Shown: positions 1-8,358 of the stretch, piece by piece
Layout of the letters: every line of letters begins with the position of its first letter
Position numbering within the stretch: the first letter of the stretch is position 1
Source of the DNA: a virus
Strand: one strand, 5' to 3'
DNA: 64,000 nt
IMG/VR virus record: IMGVR_UViG_3300020185_004577
Coordinates: 19,145-83,144 of that record
Program-made: the position numbers and the translations under genes
The notes under the pieces: generated by a model
The model's database searches: none
What the model was told of the DNA's origin: nothing
What the model saw: only the letters and a program-made list of their open reading frames with translations

Positions 1-361
1 TCCTTTCTCCGTCAAGACCTTTTCTATTACTTTTTGCTATACTTAAATCTTGACATGGTGAACCACCTATTAGCAAATCTACCTTTCCATTACAAATCTC
101 TAGTATTTTTTTGTAATCTAAAGATTTAACGTCTCCCATTTGAATTATTTCAGGATGATTACTCTTAGACACTTTCATTGCATTAACATCAACCTCTGAG
201 GATATATATAAATTCACTTTTACACCCATTTCTTTTAATGCAACCATAGCACAAGAAGCTCCATCAAATAAACTAACTACATTGATTCCACTATCTTCTT
301 TTGATTTAAAACCAATTATTGATATTAATATTTTAAATATTTTATTAAGCTTACTCATCAT
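1..361 (-). CDS. DNA (cytosine-5) methyltransferase, N-terminal part (runs off window)
   Basis: Not in the ORF track. Manual translation from the ATG at 361 gives ...INVVSLFDGASCAMVAL...YISSEVD...MGDVK...DLLIGGSPCQDLS..., i.e. C5-MTase motif I (SLFxG), motif II, motif III and catalytic motif IV (GGSPC). Confidence 0.9.
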   Translation of the reverse strand, partial: MMSKLNKIFKILISIIGFKSKEDSGINVVSLFDGASCAMVALKEMGVKVNLYISSEVDVNAMKVSKSNHPEIIQMGDVKSLDYKKILEICNGKVDLLIGGSPCQDLSIAKSNRKGLDGER

Positions 362-369
362 TTATTTAT

Positions 370-1434
370 TTATTTATTTAAATTTATTTTTTTTTTTGTT
401 TTGTAAAACTGTTTTTGCTCTAACAAATGTAAACATTCTTCTGGGACTATGTACTTCAGTTTGTCAATCCCATTTTCCTCTCTTAAAATTTGCCTTACCT
501 TAGAAGAGGATATATTTGTCTCTAGCAATCCTTCTATCTTTTTTATATTTTTGTTGATAGACTCAAATCTAACAACTTTATTTATATCATTCATATGAGC
601 ACCACCTCTTTCATAGTAAAATATAGGAAAATTATCTTCTATGTATTGTGAAGACTTTAAATTACCTATATCATACAAGTAATCTGCGCCCATAATTAAA
701 GAAAATTTGTAATCTTTATATTTTGCACTTATCTTTAGTAGAGATTCAGCAACAGAATTATTTTCATCGTTTTTATAATCCAATTTTGCTAATTTAAAAT
801 AAGGATTATCAAGTATAGCATTTTTCAAAAGTAAAATTCTACTTTTTAAACTTAACAACTCTTCACTCTTGTGATTCAAGTCATATCCTTCGTCAGAAAA
901 TAAAAACCAAACTTCATCAAAGTTATAACTATTGACAACTGTATTTGCAACAATTAAATGAGCATTATGTACTGGGTTAAATGAACCTATAAATAGACCT
1001 ATATTAGATGTTTTTTTGCTATTTTTATTACTTAAGCCCTTTATCATTACTATGTCCCTTTCTAGTTGCTGCAATATTTTAGCCTTTTTTTGCTTTAAAT
1101 CCCTTATGGAATAAGATGCTTTATTTGAAACTAATTTGCTTACTAGAAATTTAGAATTTATATTGTTAAATTTCTCAATATACTTTTTGTTAGACTCATA
1201 TAATTCATCATGCTTTTTAATTGAACTTATTATCGTAGCATGGTCTCTTCCTCCCAAAATGTTTCCAATATCACGCAAGCTAACTTTAAAGTTAGACTTT
1301 ATTATAACTGCAAAAACTCTTCTAGCATCAGCATAATCTGGCTTTCTGCTTTTTGAAATAACATCCTCTTTGGAAAGCCCAGTTTCTTTTGCAATTATGG
1401 AAAATAATAAATTTTTCTCTTTATTTGTAAGCAT
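370..1434 (-). CDS. Fusion of DnaA C-terminal (domain IV) HTH and nicotinate/nicotinamide mononucleotide adenylyltransferase (NadD-like)
   Basis: N-term SKSRKPDYADARRV...SLRDIGNILGGRDHATII resembles Bac_DnaA_C. C-term GSFNPVHNAH (HxxH), IMGADYL and ISSSKVR match NadD. Confidence 0.85.
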   Translation of the reverse strand: MLTNKEKNLLFSIIAKETGLSKEDVISKSRKPDYADARRVFAVIIKSNFKVSLRDIGNILGGRDHATIISSIKKHDELYESNKKYIEKFNNINSKFLVSKLVSNKASYSIRDLKQKKAKILQQLERDIVMIKGLSNKNSKKTSNIGLFIGSFNPVHNAHLIVANTVVNSYNFDEVWFLFSDEGYDLNHKSEELLSLKSRILLLKNAILDNPYFKLAKLDYKNDENNSVAESLLKISAKYKDYKFSLIMGADYLYDIGNLKSSQYIEDNFPIFYYERGGAHMNDINKVVRFESINKNIKKIEGLLETNISSSKVRQILREENGIDKLKYIVPEECLHLLEQKQFYKTKKKINLNK

Positions 1435-1495
1435 TTATTTTTTGTTAATTGAGCTCCATACATAATGGTTTTCTCATTTTTTTATAATTAAACAA

Positions 1496-3007
1496 TTATA
1501 GGGAAACCACAAAAGTAAATGGTTTTTTAGAGTTTTGTTTATTAATTAACTCTCTAATTTCACCAATTGTTGTTGTTTTGTAAAATTTACCATCTTTGTA
1601 GATAGTGCCCAAAAGACCACACCCCTCTTCTTCAACAGTACACTGGTCTTTTAGTTTAATTTTACCTTCAGAATCTTGATAAATATGCAAATAACCTTTA
1701 GCGGATTTTTTTACACCATCATCAGTTATTGGGTCTTTAAAAATATCTCTAGACTCGCCATTAACAACAACGTGAGTGGCTTTAACTGCGCCACCCTGGC
1801 TATCTCTAGTTGCATAGCCCATTGAATATGAGCCAATGCCTAACACAACATTTGTAGACGCAAAACCTTTAGCTTCTAGTCTCACACAAATATCTTCAGC
1901 CCTTTCTAAAGTTATACTGTCTCCGTATATTGCTCCAATATGAGAGTCTAAAACCTTATAACCTTGAGAGTTGATAGTTCCTCCAAAAACATCCCAAAGA
2001 AGCTCAATAACACCTTTTGAAACAGCTTCTTCAACAGAAGTTGTAGCATCGTCTGTATAAAACAAATCAATACCACACAATATGTCAACAGGGTCTCCAG
2101 AATCAGGCCTAATAACTAACTTACCATCCCTATTCAAAATATCATCTTTAAGCTCGGTAATAAACTCGGTACAAACTTTCCACAAATCAAAAGAATCAGA
2201 AACAACTGAAAGTATACCAGTTGGATATTGCTTCATCAACCTTCTAAATGCGTTAATTTCATCTTCTTGTCCATATGCAGTCATTACTGCATGCTCAGAA
2301 GCTGGCACACTGAAGCCTATGTCTTTTGAATTGTAATAATGTTCTGCCGCTTGCAAGCAAGGTATGGTGTCTGTTCCACAAAAAGATGTTAAAAAACCTA
2401 AACCAGAACTAATTGCAGACTCTGGGTGCTGCATTCCTCTAAATGAAAAATCATGACCTTGAAAATCAACAAAAGCTAAATTTTCAGCATCAGTTTTCAT
2501 AGCGTGTTTTACCAATATTTGCTTATAAGCATAAGCCAAGGATGCTGAATGCAATGGTTTCCACAATAAAGAAGAAATCATAGTTTCTAAAAAGTTAGGT
2601 AACCAAAAAAAGTCTTTATGCGTGTTTTTTACAGTGAAAAATGGGACTTTTTCATCTATCACAGTTCCTTCTGGCAAAGACTTTACTTGTATAGGTAAAT
2701 ATCCCAAATCATGTAATGATTCAAAGTGAGAAACATCATAATCTGAGCCCAAGTAAGAAGAGAGAAAATCCTTAGCCTCTCCTACAACCTCACTTTTGGG
2801 TCTATTGAAGAAATTTTCATTATATAATTCTTCTATTTTTTGTATAGTATATTGAACACCAAAAACAACTACTTTTTTAGCCTGTTCAGGCATGTATTTT
2901 ACACTTCTAGGAGTAAAGTTTGAATAGACTTCTGTGGTTCCCTCTGGATACATTCTATGGTGACTAGTCTTGTAACCATCTGTCATTAATAGTGGATTAT
3001 TTTTCAT
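1496..3007 (-). CDS. Nicotinamide phosphoribosyltransferase family (NadV/Nampt or NARP1 Namat)
   Basis: TDGYKTSH, HDFSFRGM, VPASEH, SVVSDSFD, VIRPDSGDP, IYGDSIT and KDPITDDGVKKSAKG motifs. Confidence 0.93.
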   Translation of the reverse strand: MKNNPLLMTDGYKTSHHRMYPEGTTEVYSNFTPRSVKYMPEQAKKVVVFGVQYTIQKIEELYNENFFNRPKSEVVGEAKDFLSSYLGSDYDVSHFESLHDLGYLPIQVKSLPEGTVIDEKVPFFTVKNTHKDFFWLPNFLETMISSLLWKPLHSASLAYAYKQILVKHAMKTDAENLAFVDFQGHDFSFRGMQHPESAISSGLGFLTSFCGTDTIPCLQAAEHYYNSKDIGFSVPASEHAVMTAYGQEDEINAFRRLMKQYPTGILSVVSDSFDLWKVCTEFITELKDDILNRDGKLVIRPDSGDPVDILCGIDLFYTDDATTSVEEAVSKGVIELLWDVFGGTINSQGYKVLDSHIGAIYGDSITLERAEDICVRLEAKGFASTNVVLGIGSYSMGYATRDSQGGAVKATHVVVNGESRDIFKDPITDDGVKKSAKGYLHIYQDSEGKIKLKDQCTVEEEGCGLLGTIYKDGKFYKTTTIGEIRELINKQNSKKPFTFVVSL

Positions 3008-3018
3008 TTTTATAGATT

Positions 3019-3933
3019 TTAATTATTATTATTTTTTATCTTAGGTAAATTGCCTTTTCCAATTATGAATATATCATATTGATTTAATTGATTATGCAAT
3101 GGAAACTGATTAACACTATTTGTTGTATATATTTCATCTATGTGTTCAAAAATTGTATCAAGCCCTTTAGAGAATATTCCATGCGTGATAACTAAAGCTA
3201 TTTTTGAGTTTTTGCCATAATCTCTTCTGATAACTTTAGCTAATTCTATAAAAGTTCTACCTCCATCACATATATCGTCCACTATTACAAATGTTTTATT
3301 TTCTGCATTATCAACCTCGCCACTAATTGATGTGTGAGTGATGTTGCCTTTTAGGTCTCTATTTTTAGAGCCTATTATCATATTCTTAATGTCAAATTTT
3401 TGTTGTATTTTGAAAACCTTTTTAAGCGCTCCAGCATCAGGCGATACTAATACTATTCCATCTTTAGCATTGTCAATATTTCTTAAAGCTTGATTAAATA
3501 AATATTGATTATCTCTAGATTCAAAGTTATTTATACAAGCCTCCAAAACATCTGAATGTGGGTCTAAGACTGTAACTTTTTCAAAGTTTTGTGAATTAAG
3601 TATTGGTGCTATAACTGTTTTAATATAATTGATTCCACCCTCTTCAAACTTTCTATCACTTCTACCACCAATACAATAAGGTATATATAATCTAACTTTT
3701 TTTACGCCAATTTCTTTTAAACACTGATTGGCACACACAATTAACTCTAAGTCCTTAAAACTGTTTAGTCTTGATTTAATTGTAATACCTTGGCTGTTGT
3801 TTTTTAGAGAATCAAAAGTAGAATATCCTTTCTCAACAATTTTAAGAGTTTGTTGTCCGTCTGGGAATTTTGAAATCTCATATCCACAAGAAAGTTGGTC
3901 ATTTGAGTCTACTAAGTTTAATGTTTCAGCCAT
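3019..3933 (-). CDS. Ribose-phosphate pyrophosphokinase family (Prs or NARP1 Adps)
   Basis: KFPDGQ, PY..GGRSDRKF, DPHS, VSPDAGA, IVDDICDGGRTF and THGIFSKG motifs. Confidence 0.92.
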   Translation of the reverse strand: MAETLNLVDSNDQLSCGYEISKFPDGQQTLKIVEKGYSTFDSLKNNSQGITIKSRLNSFKDLELIVCANQCLKEIGVKKVRLYIPYCIGGRSDRKFEEGGINYIKTVIAPILNSQNFEKVTVLDPHSDVLEACINNFESRDNQYLFNQALRNIDNAKDGIVLVSPDAGALKKVFKIQQKFDIKNMIIGSKNRDLKGNITHTSISGEVDNAENKTFVIVDDICDGGRTFIELAKVIRRDYGKNSKIALVITHGIFSKGLDTIFEHIDEIYTTNSVNQFPLHNQLNQYDIFIIGKGNLPKIKNNNN

Positions 3934-3949
3934 AATTGTTTTATATACT

Positions 3950-3981
3950 CAAATTTAAAGATAAATTAAAAGAATAGCAAA
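3950..3981 (-). promoter_or_regulatory. Bacteroidota-type primary-sigma promoter upstream of the NAD operon
   Basis: Minus strand reads TTTG-N20-TAAATTTG, matching the -33/-7 consensus TTTG...TAnnTTTG. Confidence 0.7.
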
Positions 3982-4011
3982 TATGAATTCGCTATTTTCT
4001 TTGTTTTTATA

Positions 4012-4040
4012 GTAACGAAAAAATATTAAAAAAATTACAA
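4012..4040 (-). promoter_or_regulatory. Putative TTGTAAT-N14-TTCGTT promoter (class 2)
   Basis: TTG-N18-TTCGTTAC. The same layout occurs at 9251-9279 and 38820-38848. Confidence 0.45.
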
Positions 4041-4045
4041 CAAGC

Positions 4046-4057
4046 TATTTATTTATA
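4046..4057 (+). promoter_or_regulatory. Putative late promoter TATTTAT(A/T)
   Basis: TATTTATTTATA directly before the SNase ATG; the motif recurs before late genes. Confidence 0.55.
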
Positions 4058-4419
4058 TGGAATTAAATTATTTATATCATTACAAAGCAAAAGTCATAGA
4101 TGTTTATGATGGAGACACTGTTAGACTTGAAGTTCAACTTGGTTTCGGACTTACATGGAGAGGTGTGGATAACAAAGGGTTGAAAATTAGGCTATTTGGA
4201 ATAGACACTCCAGAAGTTAGAGGTAAAGAAAGGCCAGAAGGACTTATTTCTAGAGATAGATTAAGAGAGCAAATACTAGGAAAACACATAACCCTTAAAA
4301 CAATAAGAGATAAAACTGGTAAATATGGTAGATATTTAGGAGTCCTAATAAAAGAAGATGGAACCAATATGAACGAATGGCTAATTTCTGAAGGTTTGGC
4401 AGAAAGAAGAGAGTATTAA
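4057..4419 (+). CDS. Thermonuclease (SNase-like)
   Basis: VYDGDT, IRLFGIDTPE, GKYGRYLG and NEWLISEGLA motifs. Confidence 0.92.
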   Translation: MELNYLYHYKAKVIDVYDGDTVRLEVQLGFGLTWRGVDNKGLKIRLFGIDTPEVRGKERPEGLISRDRLREQILGKHITLKTIRDKTGKYGRYLGVLIKEDGTNMNEWLISEGLAERREY

Positions 4420-5879
4420 ATCTGTAGCAACATATAGTACAGCTTTTTCTTAGGTCTTGACACTGCTACATAATGAACATTTTTTTCTTCTTGATACCCA
4501 TCCATACCAGGATAAAAAGTGTAATACTCTTTTTTATCATCTGGTATCTCTATGCCATTTCTTTTTATTAAAGATTCTGGTATTGAATTAACTACAACAC
4601 AAGTATGAAACTCTTTACCTTTGGACTTATGTATTGTGGTTACAAAGTTTTTGTTTTTTTTGTTTTCTTCTATAAAATTAATCAAATCCATAACACCCCC
4701 AGAAAAATTTTCTAAAACATAGTCTAATCGCTTACGTATTAATGGGTTTATATTTCCATTTTTTATGTCTTCAACATCTTTCTCTTTTAGGTAATTAAAG
4801 TATTTTAAAGGAACTTTTCTACTGAGTAGATTGAACTCTATTAATTTAACTATAAAATTAGTCCTTGCTAGAATTACAACCTCATCTTCATTGTTAATTA
4901 ATTCAACTAACCTATCGAAGTCTATGAATTTTTCATTTATTTCACCATCAAAAGTGTGAAAAGATTTTGCGTCTAAACTTGAAAATTCATTAGAATTTGC
5001 AATTATTTGTTTAGCGCTTCTAAAATTAGTAGTCAAACTCATTTTTTCAACCTTTCTCCTTTTTTCTAAAATGTCTTCAATAGCCATACAGTTGCTGCCG
5101 CTATATCCATATATAGATTGGTTTAAGTCGCCAACCAGATAATACTTTTTAGCATTTAACTTCATGAGTATATCCATTTGAATAGTGCTAGTGTCTTGAT
5201 ATTCATCCAGAAAAAGGTAGTCATATTTGTCTTTAAACATTTTCAACCACTTGTTTTCTTTTAGTAAGTTTCTTACATCTAGCAATATATCAGAAAAGTC
5301 TCTTTTTCTTTTTTCTCTTAAGTACTTTGAATACTGAATGTAATAATCTGGTATCCTAACTTTTATTCCATCTGCTGTTTGTAATTTATATGATGAGATT
5401 TGAGAATCTAAAAAATCAGCATCATCATAGAGGTTTGAAATAATTTTATCAAATTTCAAACTCTCTTTTTGAGACGATTTGTAACTGGGTTTATTTGTAT
5501 CTTTATACCAATCTATAAATTCATAAAAATTAGTAACCTTCTTAAACTTGCCCATTCTATGTAGCATCCAAAAACAAAATGAATGTATTGTAGTTATTTT
5601 TATATCTTTGTTGTTTACCCTCTCTTTTAACTCATCTACCGCAGCATTTGTAAAACTAAAAAATATAATCCTTTTAGGGTCTACTCCTTTTTTTAAAAGA
5701 AATTTCAACCTCTGAACACAACAGAAAGACTTACCACTTCCAGCAGTAGAGGAAACTATAACAGACTTTTTACCTTCATATAGAACAAATTGTTTTTGCT
5801 CTTCTGTTAAGCTAGATAAAATATCGTTATCTTCTTTTTCTTGAAAAGCGTCTAATTGTAATTTTGAAACCTTACTCAT
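4416..5879 (-). CDS. UvrD/Rep/PcrA SF1 helicase (compact)
   Basis: AGSGKS, FTNAA, TIHSF, DEYQD, VGDLNQSIYGY, TNFRS, TIHKSKGKEF and YVAVSR motifs. Confidence 0.93.
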   Translation of the reverse strand: MSKVSKLQLDAFQEKEDNDILSSLTEEQKQFVLYEGKKSVIVSSTAGSGKSFCCVQRLKFLLKKGVDPKRIIFFSFTNAAVDELKERVNNKDIKITTIHSFCFWMLHRMGKFKKVTNFYEFIDWYKDTNKPSYKSSQKESLKFDKIISNLYDDADFLDSQISSYKLQTADGIKVRIPDYYIQYSKYLREKRKRDFSDILLDVRNLLKENKWLKMFKDKYDYLFLDEYQDTSTIQMDILMKLNAKKYYLVGDLNQSIYGYSGSNCMAIEDILEKRRKVEKMSLTTNFRSAKQIIANSNEFSSLDAKSFHTFDGEINEKFIDFDRLVELINNEDEVVILARTNFIVKLIEFNLLSRKVPLKYFNYLKEKDVEDIKNGNINPLIRKRLDYVLENFSGGVMDLINFIEENKKNKNFVTTIHKSKGKEFHTCVVVNSIPESLIKRNGIEIPDDKKEYYTFYPGMDGYQEEKNVHYVAVSRPKKKLYYMLLQI

Positions 5880-6348
5880 TCCTAACGTTAATTATACCAC
5901 CTTTTTTATTTTTTTTACACCACAAAAGTAAAAAATCATCTGACAAACCTCTCATATTATTTTTCTCCAAAATTAAACCTCTGCCTTTTTTGAATATACA
6001 TTTACCTGTAAGGTTAATGTCTAAAAACCCCCTTAATTTTCCAACGGGGTACAATTCAACACCACCAACATTATTAGAACCGAACATCTTTGTGGACTCA
6101 TTAAAATGAAACTGATTTCCTAAAATTTCACAAATGAACATACTACTTGATATGGCTGAAACATCAGGTCTGAAATCTGTGTCAGACGATATTCTAAAAT
6201 AAAGTCTATTAATAGTTGTCATAAAAGTTCTATTCCATTCCAATCTACTAGCATAAGGAGTTATGTTTCTAGGTTGTGCAAAGTCATAAGAATACCAATT
6301 TTCTTCAAATAAAACTTTACAAATATTATTATTGTAGCTTGGGCTCAT
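5872..6348 (-). CDS. Hypothetical protein; probable degenerate fragment of a gp23-type major capsid protein
   Basis: EWNRTFMTTINRLYFRI...SSSMFICEIL...VGKLRGFLDI resembles the C-terminal half of gp23-like capsid proteins (recalled pattern, not searched). Confidence 0.5.
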   Translation of the reverse strand: MSPSYNNNICKVLFEENWYSYDFAQPRNITPYASRLEWNRTFMTTINRLYFRISSDTDFRPDVSAISSSMFICEILGNQFHFNESTKMFGSNNVGGVELYPVGKLRGFLDINLTGKCIFKKGRGLILEKNNMRGLSDDFLLLWCKKNKKGGIINVRNE

Positions 6349-7162
6349 TTTGTGTTGCTCTACTTTTCTCCATTATTTTTTCTAAAACTTTTTTTGTGTC
6401 AGTTGAAAAGTCTGACTTCATAAACCAAGTGTAATATCCTGGGTTGTGTTTTAAAACATCAGATACCGATTGGTCTTGGTATTTTCCAAAATTAAATACA
6501 GGAACATCGTTGTCGTTTAAAACAATCCTTCCAGAGTAATCTAACTGCCCTTTGAAGTTTGTAAAATCATGTAGTTTAGACATATCATTTACAATAGGTC
6601 TTTCCTCTATAGTTCCATCAGAATCTTCGTAATTAGAATCTTTGTAGTAATCCAATTGGCTTTCTAATATTTCAGCAGTAGCCCTAATATCATTCATAGC
6701 ATCATGAGCACCTTCTAAATTTTTATTACAATAAAACTTATATGCCGCCTTCAGATTTCTAGGTTCCATTTTTTGAAATATCTTCCACACGTCAATAGAG
6801 CGTCTATCATTCATGTCAAAATCAGAACCAACTCTATAGAACTCCTCTATCAACAAAGGTACATCAAATCTATTACTGTTAAAACCACACAAATCCGCAT
6901 CACCTATAAATGCTTTTATACCTTTCGATATTTGCTTAAAAGTTGGTGCATCTTTAACCATCTCATTTGTTATTCCATGAACAGCAGTAGCTTCTTCAGG
7001 GATGGGTATCATCGGATTTACCAGTCTATTTTTTTCTTCCTTTTCTCTTCCATCAGCGTAGTATTTAACAATTCCTATCTGAACTATTCTATCATTCGAA
7101 ACACTAACACCTGTTGTTTCTAAATCAAAAAATACTAAATCTTTATTTAATTTTAAATTCAT
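6329..7162 (-). CDS. DEDDh 3'-5' exonuclease (DnaQ/PolIII epsilon-like)
   Basis: FFDLETTG, FNSNRFD and HDAMND motifs; C-terminal FNFGKY...PGYYTW domain. Confidence 0.92.
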   Translation of the reverse strand: MNLKLNKDLVFFDLETTGVSVSNDRIVQIGIVKYYADGREKEEKNRLVNPMIPIPEEATAVHGITNEMVKDAPTFKQISKGIKAFIGDADLCGFNSNRFDVPLLIEEFYRVGSDFDMNDRRSIDVWKIFQKMEPRNLKAAYKFYCNKNLEGAHDAMNDIRATAEILESQLDYYKDSNYEDSDGTIEERPIVNDMSKLHDFTNFKGQLDYSGRIVLNDNDVPVFNFGKYQDQSVSDVLKHNPGYYTWFMKSDFSTDTKKVLEKIMEKSRATQNEPKLQ

Positions 7163-7166
7163 AAGT

Positions 7167-7355
7167 TTATATTTTTTTTAAATTATCTTTATTGGCCCAA
7201 AATACTCTTTTAACTTTAACGTTGGACTCGTGTACTGTCTCTAATTTAATCATATTATGCGACAAATCTTGTTCTAACTCTCTTAAAATCACATTTTTAG
7301 ATATTGAATTTCCGTCTTCAAAAAAAATTTCTTTTTTTAATTTATATTTTGACAT
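7167..7355 (-). CDS. Hypothetical protein (62 aa)
   Basis: Fills the gap between co-oriented genes with tight spacing. Confidence 0.6.
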   Translation of the reverse strand: MSKYKLKKEIFFEDGNSISKNVILRELEQDLSHNMIKLETVHESNVKVKRVFWANKDNLKKI

Positions 7356-7359
7356 AATT

Positions 7360-8226
7360 TTAACTCAAATGTTGCTTTAATATATTACTTCTACTCCTAT
7401 GTCTCAAAACCTTTATGGCAGAATCTTTTATTTGACGAACTCTCTCTCTTGTTAATCCAAAATATTCACCCACTTCTTCGAGTGTCATCTTTGGATATCC
7501 CATTATTCCGTAATACATACAAACAACCTCTCTCTGTCTAGGCTGTATTGTTTTAAGTGTTGAAGATAAATCTTGATGTAAAGAGTCTGAGGCCACACTT
7601 ATATCCACATCATTCATCTCTCCTTCTGAAATTTTATCATACAAACTATAACCTTCATCATCAGTTGACAGAGGAGCGTCTAAAGATGCTTGAGGCTGCG
7701 AGGAACGTAATAATCTAGATATTTTCACTACATCCTCTTGCATTATTTCAGCTATCTCTTCCTCTGTAGGCTCTCTTTGATTTCTTTGTTCAAAATCTCT
7801 AGACTCTTGCTTTAACTTATAATAAGTACTGATTTGATTTGTAGGAAGCCTAACCATTCTAGAATTATTTGCCAAAGCTTCTAGTATAGATTGTCTAATC
7901 CACCATACAGCATATGATATAAATTTAAAACCCCTTGTTTGGTCAAATCTTTCGGCAGCCTTTATTAAGCCATAATTACCTTCATTTACTAAATCTTCAA
8001 AATTTATACCCTTACCCTGATATTGTTTTGCAACACTTATAACAAATCTTAAATTGCCAGTAATTAACTTTTCTCTAGACCTTATATTACCTGCTTGTGA
8101 CTCGATGGCTAACTTATGCTCTTCTTCTTCTGTTAGTTGTTTGATTTTATTTATTTCATTTAAATATGACTTTATGGAATCAGAATCTCTATTCGTTATT
8201 TTATTAGTTATTTTCAGTTGCCTCAT
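7360..8226 (-). CDS. RNA polymerase sigma factor, Bacteroidota RpoD-like (paralogue 1)
   Basis: Starts MRQLKIT. Region 2 NLRFVISVAKQY...DLVNEGNYGLIKAAERFD..RGFKFISYAVWWIRQSI; region 4 TLEEVG..FGLTRERVRQI. Confidence 0.95.
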   Translation of the reverse strand: MRQLKITNKITNRDSDSIKSYLNEINKIKQLTEEEEHKLAIESQAGNIRSREKLITGNLRFVISVAKQYQGKGINFEDLVNEGNYGLIKAAERFDQTRGFKFISYAVWWIRQSILEALANNSRMVRLPTNQISTYYKLKQESRDFEQRNQREPTEEEIAEIMQEDVVKISRLLRSSQPQASLDAPLSTDDEGYSLYDKISEGEMNDVDISVASDSLHQDLSSTLKTIQPRQREVVCMYYGIMGYPKMTLEEVGEYFGLTRERVRQIKDSAIKVLRHRSRSNILKQHLS

Positions 8227-8279
8227 TTTAAAATTTTATTTAATTAAATTAGTTCCATTGTTAGATTTTTACGATTAAA

Positions 8280-8308
8280 CAAATATAAGAATTATTTTAA
8301 AGAACAAA
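8280..8308 (-). promoter_or_regulatory. Bacteroidota-type promoter upstream of sigma paralogue 1
   Basis: TTTG-N17-TATATTTG on the minus strand. Confidence 0.6.
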
Positions 8309-8336
8309 AAAAAATACCACACAAAAGCGTGGTATT
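8306..8336 (-). terminator. Intrinsic terminator after sigma paralogue 2
   Basis: AATACCAC/GTGGTATT stem followed by a U-run on the minus strand. Confidence 0.6.
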
Positions 8337-8358
8337 AATACTTTAAAAAGACTTTATT

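Noticed and set aside
4164-4172. Perfect DnaA box TGTGGATAA near the NAD operon (another, TTATCCACA, at 19755-19763)
   Set aside because: Both lie inside CDSs and are not clustered. About one such 9-mer is expected by chance in 64 kb of this composition.
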